Positions 1 to 12,300 of a stretch of DNA of 64,000 nucleotides are shown here, in pieces. Source of the stretch: Tubiluchus corallicola (Eukaryota; Animalia; Priapulida); the NCBI GenBank assembly GCA_030141605.1, contig JAQGDQ010000046.1:558001-622000 (forward strand), given 5' to 3'. Every line of letters starts with the position of its first letter. Within the stretch, counting starts at the first letter, position 1. Under the pieces are notes generated by a model. That model was not told the origin of the DNA and made no database searches. It saw only the letters and a program-made list of their open reading frames with translations. The translations under genes and the position numbers were made by a program.

Positions 1-260
1 AATATGTCATTTCATTAAACTTATAAGTTAAATGATATTATAAAACTTGTGTGCTATGGCAGTTTTTAACAATAATATTACTAGACAGGCAGATGCATGA
101 TTAAATACACTTTGATGTCATAAATTACACTGCAGAGTAAGCCGTATTATAAGACATGATGGTCTGGAAATTCTAAAGTACCAACTGCATAATTAGATTA
201 CAGATTACAGGCTTTAAAATTAATGAATTACAAGCAATGGCTTGTCTTGTTAATACACAC

Positions 261-381
261 CTTTTAGGGTAACAGTAACATTTGCTGAAGTTCCTGCACC
301 TCTCCTAACTCCCGTATAAACAATGATAAGATAAGCATATTTATCTAAAGGATGATTCTCTTCTAGCACAGTAACACCAAC
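261..381 (-). CDS. Exon 34: start of the canonical cytoplasmic PLAT domain
   Basis: YAYLIIVYTGVRRGAGTSANVTVTLKG. Confidence 0.93.
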
Positions 382-3300
382 CTGTTAAATAATGATTAAC
401 CTTGTTACACTAATCAAGGGAAAGGTTATTTAACTGAAAAAGTGAAAGGATATTATACTCGAACCCCTTCTCCTTTTTCCTCCATTTGTTTTCTCCCTGT
501 GTTTCTCTCTGCAATCCTTTGACATCTGCATTCCATAATGGATCTTTATCAGCAAAACTGTAAAGTATTAATTTACCAAACCTCAAGGTAACTTCCTTTA
601 AAAATAAATATGTTTAATTAACTTACCCTTAATTCATCACGTTGATCATTTTTTCTTGCATAAAGTAACAAAACAAGGTAGAGACACCAAACACCACACA
701 TAAATGCAATAACTATAGGGTTATCGAAAAATGTCAGAAAAAGAACAGCATCTTTAAAAGGGTGAATAGCATTTGGGGCAATCACAAATGATCCTCCAAA
801 TGTTGTCAAATGATTGCACTGACAATGTAATTCTGTCGCTGTTGTCAGTATACCGACCTGTAAAACAAAGCAAAAAGCTTAGTAACTCACAACTAAAAAA
901 CGAGCTGTTTCTTTTTCTGTATTTCTACTTATTTTTGATTTTTGAATGTAAGCCTGGTGCAGCATAGAGCAAATACAAAAATCTCTGATTTGGTCAAGTA
1001 GTCAAACAAACAATTGTTTTAATACATGATCCTTACTAAAATTATTTACTTTATTACCTGGCATCCATCACCAGACCACTCATTCTTAGAGGCATGCCAA
1101 TATAAACAACGTGACGCATAGAATGTAATGGAAAAATTAACACGAGGGTAATCTGCAACTGAAAAATCGATACAAATATTAAATTCTGATACAATAACCA
1201 GTCATGAATAAATCTCACATACAATTCAAGCATAGTATCATGACATATGAAGGCTACAGCAGATGTCTCCTGGTGATTCACAAGAGCTTTTATTTATAGG
1301 AAACACTAGGACATTGTTTTAATACAAGTTTCAAAAATTTGTCTATAATAACTCATCAGTATCCATAAAGCTTTATGACAAAGACAGATACTAATAAGTG
1401 AAGTATCCATTTCAATGAGTGCTGATTAAGGCAGACTGGTGAGCAACAACAGGTCACATCAATTAACTTTTAAACATTCTATGAAAACATGGTGTAAGTT
1501 ATAACCGACTTTAATTTGCATGCTTATAAACACATAGATACGTAGATATAGATAAACACTGTAATATTCTAGTAGAGGAAATATATGTCAAGCATACGAT
1601 TAGACTCTGTTAACATGTCGGTCACCTATTTCTAGAATAAATTACCAATATTAGTGATGACCGACAAATAAAGCTAAAAATTTACAAGAGTTTTCAACCT
1701 TCAAATTTTTTATCAAGTGACCTATTGTGAAATCAATAGTTTTAATCGCATAACTTACAATACTGCCACTATTGTGCATGCAATTTCCTTGTTCAATGTT
1801 TATATTGGAAAGCTTCAAGTTTATCATCGCTAAAATTAGTACAAAATCAATTACTATATTTATGTGCTGGCAAAAAAAAACTGGCCACAAGTTGGCATAG
1901 TTAAAACTACGTTACGATGCTTCAAACTAAGATGCACCAAAAACTTGGTCAAATGTCAATTTTTTGTTTTTTATAAAAACAAATGCTAAATACATTGGAC
2001 TCTTGTATTCTTTTGTATTATCAAGAAAATGTTTAAAAAAATACTAAAAATCTAATTTTATAACCCCATGCCTACTTTTCTGGCTAGAAACTAATAATGC
2101 AGTTGTACAAAACTTGTATTTTCAAACTCCAATAGTAGCTCACAGAAGCAGACATTTTGCTTTGGATTTTTTCTGTTGCCAAGACCAGATCTTCATCAGG
2201 AAGAGCCAACTGAAGATTTAAACATAACTTCAATGTGTTCTTGCAAAGTCCATAGCAACTAGCATTTGTGCTAAGTGTTTTGTAGAAATGCGACAAAAAA
2301 CAATGACTAACTTTAACAGTGATTTTCTCAAGGTTGTTTTTCAGGGTGTAGCCTGCACCTTCAACATGCATTATCTCAGCTTAGGAAACATAAAGTGATG
2401 AACATGGTACTAAAATGATCCTCATTTCACAGTGATTCAGGATACGTTAATAACTAGAAAAGCTTAACTGCCACACATTTATATAACTCAGTTTTCACTG
2501 TGCAAACCACAATCACCAGCACAATCATCAACACTCTCACTATACATATGAGTACAGTTTTTTCAATCAAATTTCCAGTTGTTGGTTCCAAGCTAACACT
2601 TGGAATGCTGGTTCCAAGAGAAATCAATAATAATTTTTATCTTTATTTGCATAAAGAGAGAAATTAAGTCCTGATCAATAGTTTTCCACCTGTTTCAAGT
2701 CCCTTTAATGGTACAAAAACTTTTAGGCCTGTAGAAAGCCAAATTTAATGCTAATCATGACTATAATTAGTTGTGCGACACTGTAAGCAGAATACACTTT
2801 GGTAGCACCACTTACACATGTGCACTGAAGAGCTAGCTGGCCTGATTTTGAAATTTATGGACTACAGCTGCACATAAATGTTTAAGGATTCAAGCTCTTG
2901 AAAACTTGGTTTGTTCACAGTTGTTAAATCCTTTTTGCACCTTTGAATTTAAAATCACTACCAGCAGTTTTTATAATGTGTTGTCTTTAAAACAGAAGAC
3001 TATGTTACCCGGAGGAGTATGGTTTGACAGAAGGAAGCAAGGTATCTTCTGCAGGTTCTTGGATGAGTCTCCCTCTAGCCAGTTCATGCAGGGACAGGTA
3101 TACTCAACAAACTCAGTAGAATTAACAACTACCTGCCAAATTTTAAAGAATAATCCATATCAATAGAGGATAAATTAACTAATTCATGCTCATTAAAATG
3201 ATAATTCACAAAAACAGAAAAGGGCTAAATGAGTTAGGCAATAAATTTTGTGTCCTTTGCCATTTCTAAAGAGCTCTGGACAAATGGTTCCCAATACATA

Positions 3301-6300
3301 CATAGCTTTCCAAAAAGATTATCAGATATTACAACAAGTTTAAGAGGCAAAAAAACTGTAATTCACATAACAAAATAACTTGTTTTTAGCCACTGCAATT
3401 GATCAACATGCACGAACTATATAAATGTATTAATTAAGGAGAAATGGCTGAGTAACAGACCATGAAGCACCATGAATATGCTTTAAAAATGGCTACTACC
3501 TGGCCCTGTTTGCTAAAACCAAATGTTATGAAAATGTGTTACAGGTTTTTGTTACTAGCATAACACCTTCATGCACAACAAACAGCATAAAATATATAAT
3601 CCAAAAACACACTTTATTAAAATGTTCAAAAATAGATGCAATTTGGACACAGAAACAAATCACTGAAAAATAGCATAGCAAGCACCACAATTTACACCCA
3701 GAGAAACTTTTTGACTGCAAAAATTTTGTTTTGAAATATAAAAAAATATACCTTTTCCAGCAACCATGATGCTGCAAGGCCGCTATTATCATGCCATATG
3801 CTAACATATTCCACTTTTCCAACGGACTTTCTTTCTTCATAAAATACATCAGTTCTGCAAAAAAGGATAAAGGCAAAATTCAAGCAGCTTTACTAAAATC
3901 AAATCAATAGAATTTGAAATATGAAAATTTTCAATAACTAAAACATTTTTTCATCATAAGAAATCAAACTGGACAAAAATAGATAGGAAACCTTACAATG
4001 GTAAAAAATATTTAAAAGTTATTGTAATCGATGAACACGTACGGGTGATATGCATAATTTACTATCATCACCATTTTAGCCTGACATCACATTACCAACA
4101 CAGAGACCATCACCATCATAGTCACTGTCGCTATCACTGTCACTGTCACCATTACCATCACCATCATCATCATTACTATCATGAAGGCAGACAGATGCGG
4201 GGAAACCAACCTTAATACTACTCATATACATTTATACCACATACAAAAGTGAATAAAGGTACCCATTTACCTTGACTGAATGGTTCCAGGTTAATAGTTG
4301 CTTTCTTTAGGTAGTCAAATTTGGATCTTTAAAATAATTTGAAAAATTTGTGCATTTTTTTTTAAAATTTATTAGCTAAACAATCAAATTTTTGAGAGAT
4401 GGTTAAAGTCAATCAGTAATCTCATCATTACCATCATAATCGAAAGATTAAAGGCACAAGAAGCCAAACATGAATACTCTGTAATACAAAATAAGTAAAC
4501 CTAGTTAGGGAAATATGGCTGAGCTTGAATGACTTTTCCAAAGTCAAGCAGAGCAATTTTGCTAGTACAGTGGCCGCCGCTTATTATGGACACGGTTATT
4601 GTGGACAGCCGGTTATTGTGGACAACTCGCGAGGGACGGAATTTTCCCCTAATAAAATCCGCCGGTTAATATGGACAACCGCCGCTTAATATGGACAGCG
4701 AACATTGTTGGCACGTGAACCAGCCGTGCCAACCACGGCCTGCGCGCGTGATTGAAAAGAGCTTCCCGCTCTGCTGCCTGTGTGAGTCATTGCATCAGTC
4801 AGTTCGCCGTTTGCCGTGGCCTTGAGAGTTTCGAAACTGTGATAACTTCCTTCCGTTCAAGGTTGAGAGAAAAGTTTCCAGCCAAACAAACTCGTCTGAC
4901 TTCTTTTTTTCAATAAAACAGGAGACGAGTTGATACAGACAGTTTTTTGCCTTTTTTAATGAAGGGGAAGGGTCTTCATGGGTCACTTCGCTTAATATGG
5001 ACAGCCGCTTAATATGGACATACACTGCTGGCCCGAGGTGTCCACAATAAGCGGCGGCCACTGTAATCCATTTAGATAACGCCATGGGCCAAATAATTTG
5101 CCTTGGTGTAGTTCTTTTCCTCTGAATGAGTAATAAAATTGAAAAACTGGTGTTACGCAAATTGCAATACTAAGCAAGCAAACAAACTTGGTACATAAGG
5201 TTCTGTACCTGAAAAACTAACGAGGAATGTTTATAGGCATCTAAGTCAGCAGACACTTATAGAATACGTATGAAATGTATGTAATTAGAGCAATAACTTT
5301 CTAAGTTGCTGCTAGACAAGAAGAATTTGATAAGTAAACTGAAGTGGTTATTTCGAATGATCAACTTTGGAGGAAATAGCACAAGAACTCAGCGGGTGAG
5401 TCAATGCCAGGAGTTCCTTTTGTTCATGCAATTTATTCCAAAGCTTCAAGTAGTCAGTACAACAGCTTGCACTTATTTTGAGCAAGGAAATAAAGGACCA
5501 CACATGCTGAATGAATTCTGATAAAAAATATGTCCAATATTTTCTTAATTATGTGGGAAATAGGGAATACACAAGACAAGTCAAGTTCAGTATGAGTGCG
5601 TAAAGAGAAACTTTATCTCACAATCAACACCTGAAAACTGGGAAGTATAACATACAAGTTGACTAGATGCAAACATAATTGATATTTACGATTAATTATT
5701 GATTCTAAAAAATACTAAAAACCATACTGCTGTCAAAGGTTTCATACGAATAAAGGATTAATAATAATGTTAGCTTACTGGGCACGTCTAAAACTTGCTA
5801 GGGTTCTCCTCAGTCTTATTTCTTCCGAGTCACCTTGGCTGCCGTGAAGTATAACAAATACGTTGGCACCAGTGCCAGCATACGTTACTTCAGCTGTTTG
5901 TGTTATAATACTGTATGTTATAGAAACTACAAAAAAAACAATATGATGTGTAATTCTGCATACTTTAATTCCAATACTGAATAATTAATTCCAAACCAGG
6001 CATTTAATTAAGTTCAAGAAAGACTTATTATAGCTTTATTAACAAAATCATATTCCTTACTTTAAGCCACATAAGACACAATTCCATGTGCAGGGCAAAT
6101 TAGGAAAAAAATTTTAAGCCCCAATTTAGGCCAAAGGCCATTTTTTGCTTATTGTAATAAGAGTTTTTAATAATACATGTAGGTTCCTAATTAGATTGAA
6201 AAATATATGTTTATTTCCCATTTCTTATCATTCTACGTTATCGACAGGCAGGAATTTTATTCTATTTATTTTTTGTTGTGTAACTAAATTGGAGTGAATT

Positions 6301-9300
6301 TACCAGCTGGTGTAATTTCATTTTGAAAAAGTTGATAGCAAATTGTTGTACAAATATAGCTACCATTTAGCAATTTGATAAGCCTGTGAATATCATTTTC
6401 TATTTTCTGTTATAGTAATCTATAAAACATATCAAATGTGTTTTTTACAGTGGCCCACTAGCAGGGAATGATATAGGGATTATGGAAATACATTAATAAG
6501 TGAAAAATATGTTTATGTACGGTTGATTTTTCTTTTTTCAAATAAAATGAATGAATAGTACTAAGCACTGGGCAGTGACAAAGAGTAAAGGTACCACTCA
6601 ACCAGTTTTAGCAAATAGTCTCCAAAGCACCTCATCACTAGACCACTTATGTTTACTGTATGAACGAACAATAGAGCACTTTGACTACAGCATTAAACAA
6701 CAAGATAACAACTTATATTGGCACTTTACAGATGACTTTTTCGTAATTCTATGATAACAGACTGTTTTGATATGATGTATGAGTTACACTGTATAAGCTG
6801 CAGTGGCACATGATGAAGATTACAAGCTTGTGGGGGAGAGAGAGGGGATCACTTAGTATTTAAACAATAGCAGCAGTAGAAAAGGCTGTACAAAATGCAA
6901 TTTAAAATGCATTTTTTATCTAAAATTTCGTGTGCAATCAGTAAGAAAGAAAACGTTCTAGCAAAAGAAGCGAAAGAAAGGCAATAGAAAAGGTTCATGT
7001 GTCATTAACCACTACTAGCATATTTGCTGGTTATAGGTGTAGCATTAAAAGTTGTGACCTACAATATGCCTTTACATTCAGTGTATCAGATGCAGGCTCT
7101 TTTTAACATGATTTTGCTAGAAAAAAGCATGTCTTATATGGCAAAAGTACAGTAAGTATTGTGCCAAAAAATGAGATTTGCAACTTTCCAAAAGCTGCAC
7201 ATGGGTAAGCAATATACACAGATAATGTGATAAGCACATCACTGTGACCCTCCCAAAACAGAAACAGGAGCTACTACACTGTCACGCACATCAAAAGCTC
7301 CATTCATTGCATATTTTTATTTCTCTCAAATGATCTGCTTCAGTGCACTATTAAAGTCAGTTCACCCAACTAGTCGCATTGTATTAGCCAAAGAACAAAC
7401 TATTGGCTGATTAGTCAGTCAGTTACTAATTTATTATATAACTTATCAATCAATTCGTTACTTGTAATGAAAGTAAGCAAGCTAGCAAAAATACAACAAA
7501 ACAATGTGTTAGTAAAATGCATATACCAGGACTGCTTGTAGTTAAATCTTCTTCCGGACTTTTACTGAGAGAATCTGTCACTGAATGTGTATCTAGGTAG
7601 ACAATATCTGCACATACGGGCTTAGCTTTTTCAGTTGCTATTTTGCACTGTTTTTCTATCAGAGCTGTGCATAAAGAGTGCTGTTCATCACAGTTCAACA
7701 AACATTCTGACAAGACTGCTAGGTCGCAAACTGGATAACACTGATGGCAAGACATATTACATGATGACAGCCCAGCTTCACAGTCAACTATCATTGGTTC
7801 ACTACAGGAGTTATGAATATTTCTGCACAATGCTCGTTGTTCCTCAAGATGTAAGGTTTCTTCACATGCGTAATCTGTTTTCTGTAAACACTGCTCGACT
7901 GTGTAGCATGTGCTAATTATGGTATCTAGTACGCAGTTTGGATCCTGTTTACATTGTTCGAGACAGTCGGACTGATTATGGCAATTCCGTGCGCACACTT
8001 CCTGCCATTTTGCACATTTCTGTTCGGCTGTTACATTGCAATTAATGAAAGCTTTGTTACACTCACTAGATATGTTCTTGCAGTATTCTGCCCAATCATT
8101 ATAACATGACTGTTTCCGCATACAGTCTTCCACACTGCAAAATTTAGTTGCATTGTTTTTGCATTGTATTGGGTCTTCACTACTGTCACACTTCTTTATG
8201 CACTCAGCTGCCTTCTGCTTGCACTGCAATGATGGCCTATGACACGATGGGAAATTATACGATTCGAACAAGATACCAATATAATACTTAACTGAAAAGT
8301 TGCGAAAATTATGAAAGTGCAATACGTTGTCATGACTAGAAGCATTGTAAGCATAGTCCAGTACAACAGGAATGTTATATAGAGTAGAATTGTTAGTGAA
8401 ATCTTCAATCACTGGTTTGACATTCTCCTTTAATTTAACCTAAAGACAAGAAATATTTTAAACAAACAAACAACCAACTACTAATATAATATGAGTTTTT
8501 AAATTTAATACAACATTCACACATATTGCACTAGCACAATAATAGATATTCTCTACCTAATAATTTGTAATAAATGCTGAAAAAGGATGAAAGCAAAATA
8601 AAAAACAAAGTTCTTTTGGCCTCTAAACTGCAAAAAGATTTGTCAATTGCTCTAATTACCTTAAGCACAACTCCAAATGGCAGCTGGTAGAAAGACAGCA
8701 CACCGATATGATACGCATCAACAGTAAAGGAGTGAATTGTAATATCTTTATTAAAACGATCTCTGCCAGTGTTTGCGACAAAATAAGAATCTACGTACTG
8801 CACTTCTAGAACATGATAAAAAGTATTAATGCGCTAAAAAAAATTTTTTGCAGATATAGATAAATACTGTCTTTTGCTTGAAGACTACATAAAAAATAAT
8901 TCACTATAACTAAACAGTTAAATAATAAAAGATATCGTGCAAAACAGTTGAAAACACACTAATAAAAAATGTGCATAGTGAAGAAAATAATTTCAGCTTT
9001 TAGATACAGTTAGACCTTGTTTAACAACTTGAAATAATGCAGTCCGGCAAAATGTGTCATTATGTGAAACGATGCTAAACAAAAAAAATCATTTTCATGA
9101 GAAATAATGTAATAGCATCCAGTTGTGTTACACGAAAAAAATCAATAACGCTTGGTACCTAAAACACTTTTTAGTACTTATGGCTTACAGTTTTATGGAG
9201 TCTATGGCTTACAGTTCTACATTACATATTTGTTGAATTAAAAAGCTAGTGAATAAATAAAGTATGAGAAATTGACTAAAAACTAAATTTGAAACTTAAG

Positions 9301-12300
9301 TCCTCAAATTCTGGGTTTTTAGATTTTTTCCCTTTTATCAGCCAGCACTTATAACATGTATCGTCTTTGCTATGTATGGTTTTACTTTTGAGCTGTCTTA
9401 TGTGCGAAAGCTTGAATTACTTGGCTGCCTAGCTGCGTCACACTGCCTTCTATCAGTTTAATTGAGCAAATTATGAGCTTCATTTATAGAGTTCAAGTGC
9501 CGTAAACAATATTTAGTGCCTAAGGTTAAGGCAAAAAATCATCACTAAAACGAAGCATGCGATGTCAAGTGATGATGTCAAGAAATCACCATTGTTAAAA
9601 CAACTGTGTGCTAAGCGGACCGTCATTAAGCCATGACTTGATTGTATTTGCCTCTCACAAGTTCTCATATGAATGCTATCGCATAAGGATTTCATAAACT
9701 ATTAATAATATCTATTCACACACAATTTAAAAAAATACAGAAGCACACAGGCTCAAAATACAGGAAATCACAATAAAAATCACACATAATATAGGACCTA
9801 CAAAACATAAACAATCCAGAGTACTCACTCTATCAAAAATAGAATAAATAAATTTTCAATTTTTAGAACCGTAATTTACTCTGAGATGGTAATTCTGGAT
9901 GTGTTATCAAACCTACATTAGCATTAACGAAAAAAAGCAAATTCGTACTGATCCATTCTGATTTATAAGACATTTGATTTAAAACATCTGGTCTCTACTA
10001 AAGCCACTGTAGTAACCTAGTGGGACAGAATAACAGATTCTATGTCACTTGGGCAGTGAATAGGACTTAATATATGAAACAACTCTTCTGAAACTTGCCA
10101 GCTTTAACATAAAAATTCTGAATGCCCTTCATACTCTCACAAGGATTATTGTTTATTTCAGGAGCTTTTGCCCTAATAGGCCTCATCATGCCAGTGCATG
10201 TAGATTATCAGAGAGAAGCGCCTAACAAAACTTACGAATCTATTACAAAATTCAAAGATATTACGTGTCATGTCTTTAAAAGTGCATATATAGCTAGTAT
10301 ACTACAGCTGCACAGAAAAAATGATATCAAAACATTTTTCATAAATTTTTTTTTTACCTTTGATGTCAATAAAAATGTCCACAGGTGAAGTCATTTGGCC
10401 GAGTTTAACATCAGATTGGTCTTCCCGTTTACGTAAAGTTACACTTGCCAAAGGGGTATTAGCAAAATCCGATAATTTGTTCCAGTTAAAAGGATTTTCC
10501 CTCATGGTGAACACCTGATAAAATAAGTAATTTCATAACAATCAGCATTACATCACAATTACTTTACACATGTAAACCTATTAGAAACACAACTTTAAGA
10601 AGAAATAGAATCACATTTTTCAACAGGCTGTAAAGTTATTAGATGTGTAACAACCACTATATCAGTCACATGAAACCCCAAAAATGCAATCCTCAAAAAG
10701 ATGCAACCTTTAACTAGCTAAAAGATCTACAATTGTAGTACAATAAATATAGTTTGTATTTCTGTTACTATGAAAACTGCAGAGCTATAATTTAACAGTA
10801 AGTATTTGAGAGTAAATGAATCTTAGTCCGTAAATGGCAGGCAACATAACAATAACTATATACTTAAAAATTAAGCATATAATGAATTGCTGAGCTTCTT
10901 GCACTTGTTACCAAAACAAGTGTTGTGCTTACATGTGCCAACTTAGAAATGAAACATTTGATGTTGTATATAAAAAAACTCCATTAATACTGCCTAGGTA
11001 TAAAACATATACACATTTGGTGAATAATAGTAAATACTTTGAGGCGATTTGCAATTTACATTCTCTTACCCGGTGGAATTTTTACTTATGACAAAAGTGT
11101 GCAAAACCAACAATTTTTAAAAAGAAATAAACTGTTCTGTTTATTATTTTCCTTCACTATCATAGTTTTCACAAGTTTTTTATATTATCGCACATCATGA
11201 CTTAAGCACAGAAGTTCATGACTGTGAAGTTCAGCTAATTAACTATCCAAAGTTTGTAACTAATGAACTAATTTGACTCATCTACAGAAATTGCAAATCC
11301 AATAATCCCCAAGCCCTCCCATGCAGGTAACTCCACACTCAAACAGTTCCTAGTGAGTCCTTAAGCTAATAAGGGTTCAAATCTCTATGTATTATTTTGC
11401 TACAACAACTTAGAAAATTTTTTTACATAGTGGACGAAGGAGCCCGCCACACACAATAAGGAAAAATACGACTAGAAATGGTGATCTTCAGAAAAAAATC
11501 TTGGAAAAATAATTGCACTGTCACAGTGACAGACTCTGAAAGCCCTATACTACAAACATAATTATTATAAAAACAAATAAACATTATAAACATATATACA
11601 TAATATAAACTGGAATGTAACAAGGATCATAATGCTTTACCTCTACGCCAACTTCTTCTTGGCCATGACTAGCAGCTGCAAGCACAGCAGAAGAAGGAAG
11701 CCTGATTTGTGTAACACTATCTTTAATCATTTCCATTCCTAAACACAAATAACAAAAATGCTTATGTGCTGCAGATACAGTTTTAGCATCATGTTACAAT
11801 TTCAATACTAAACAACAATTCAGAAATCAATGAAAAATATGTAATCAAATTCTTGCAGATTTTCAAAAAAATATATCTAAAGTTATGAAACAGAATACAA
11901 CCACTTTCAGTATAAAAGATTCCAGTGGCGGGTCGCTTTAAAATTTTTTTAGCCATTGTCTTAATGTTGTGTAAAATGAAACAAACATATAAATAGAAAA
12001 TTTACGTATAAATATGATAAAATCCTAAACAAAAAAATCTCCTTACTATTAGCCTAAATTGTTACACTTCAAGTTAAATTAATCTTGTTTTACTTTGCAC
12101 AAAAAGATCAATAATTTTCTTATTTATCAACACTGTCAGAGATAGTGCTCTCACTCTCTCTCTACCTAGCATGCAGCATCTTATTTTAGATGTTTGTGCA
12201 TGGCCATATGAGCACAACAGAAAAACACCACGTTGCTGGACCTGTGAAGCGCACAGTTTCATCAAGTGTTCTGGTTCCGGATAAGGATTTACAAGTACAT

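Noticed and set aside
3526-3876. 116-aa ORF overlapping exon 30
   Set aside because: Alternative frame of the PLAT exon running into intron; the PLAT motif is in the other frame.
4575-4700. Short repeats resembling a CRISPR array
   Set aside because: Eukaryotic context and no regular unique spacers; these are MITE subterminal repeats.
4795-5177. ORFs of 121 and 61 aa
   Set aside because: They straddle the MITE boundary and show no transposase motifs.
7450-8412. 320-aa ORF as a stand-alone Cys-rich protein with a C-terminal membrane anchor
   Set aside because: It has splice sites phase-compatible with the flanking PKD1-like exons. The hydrophobic tail is read-through into T-rich intron past the donor at 7527, although intron retention cannot be formally excluded.
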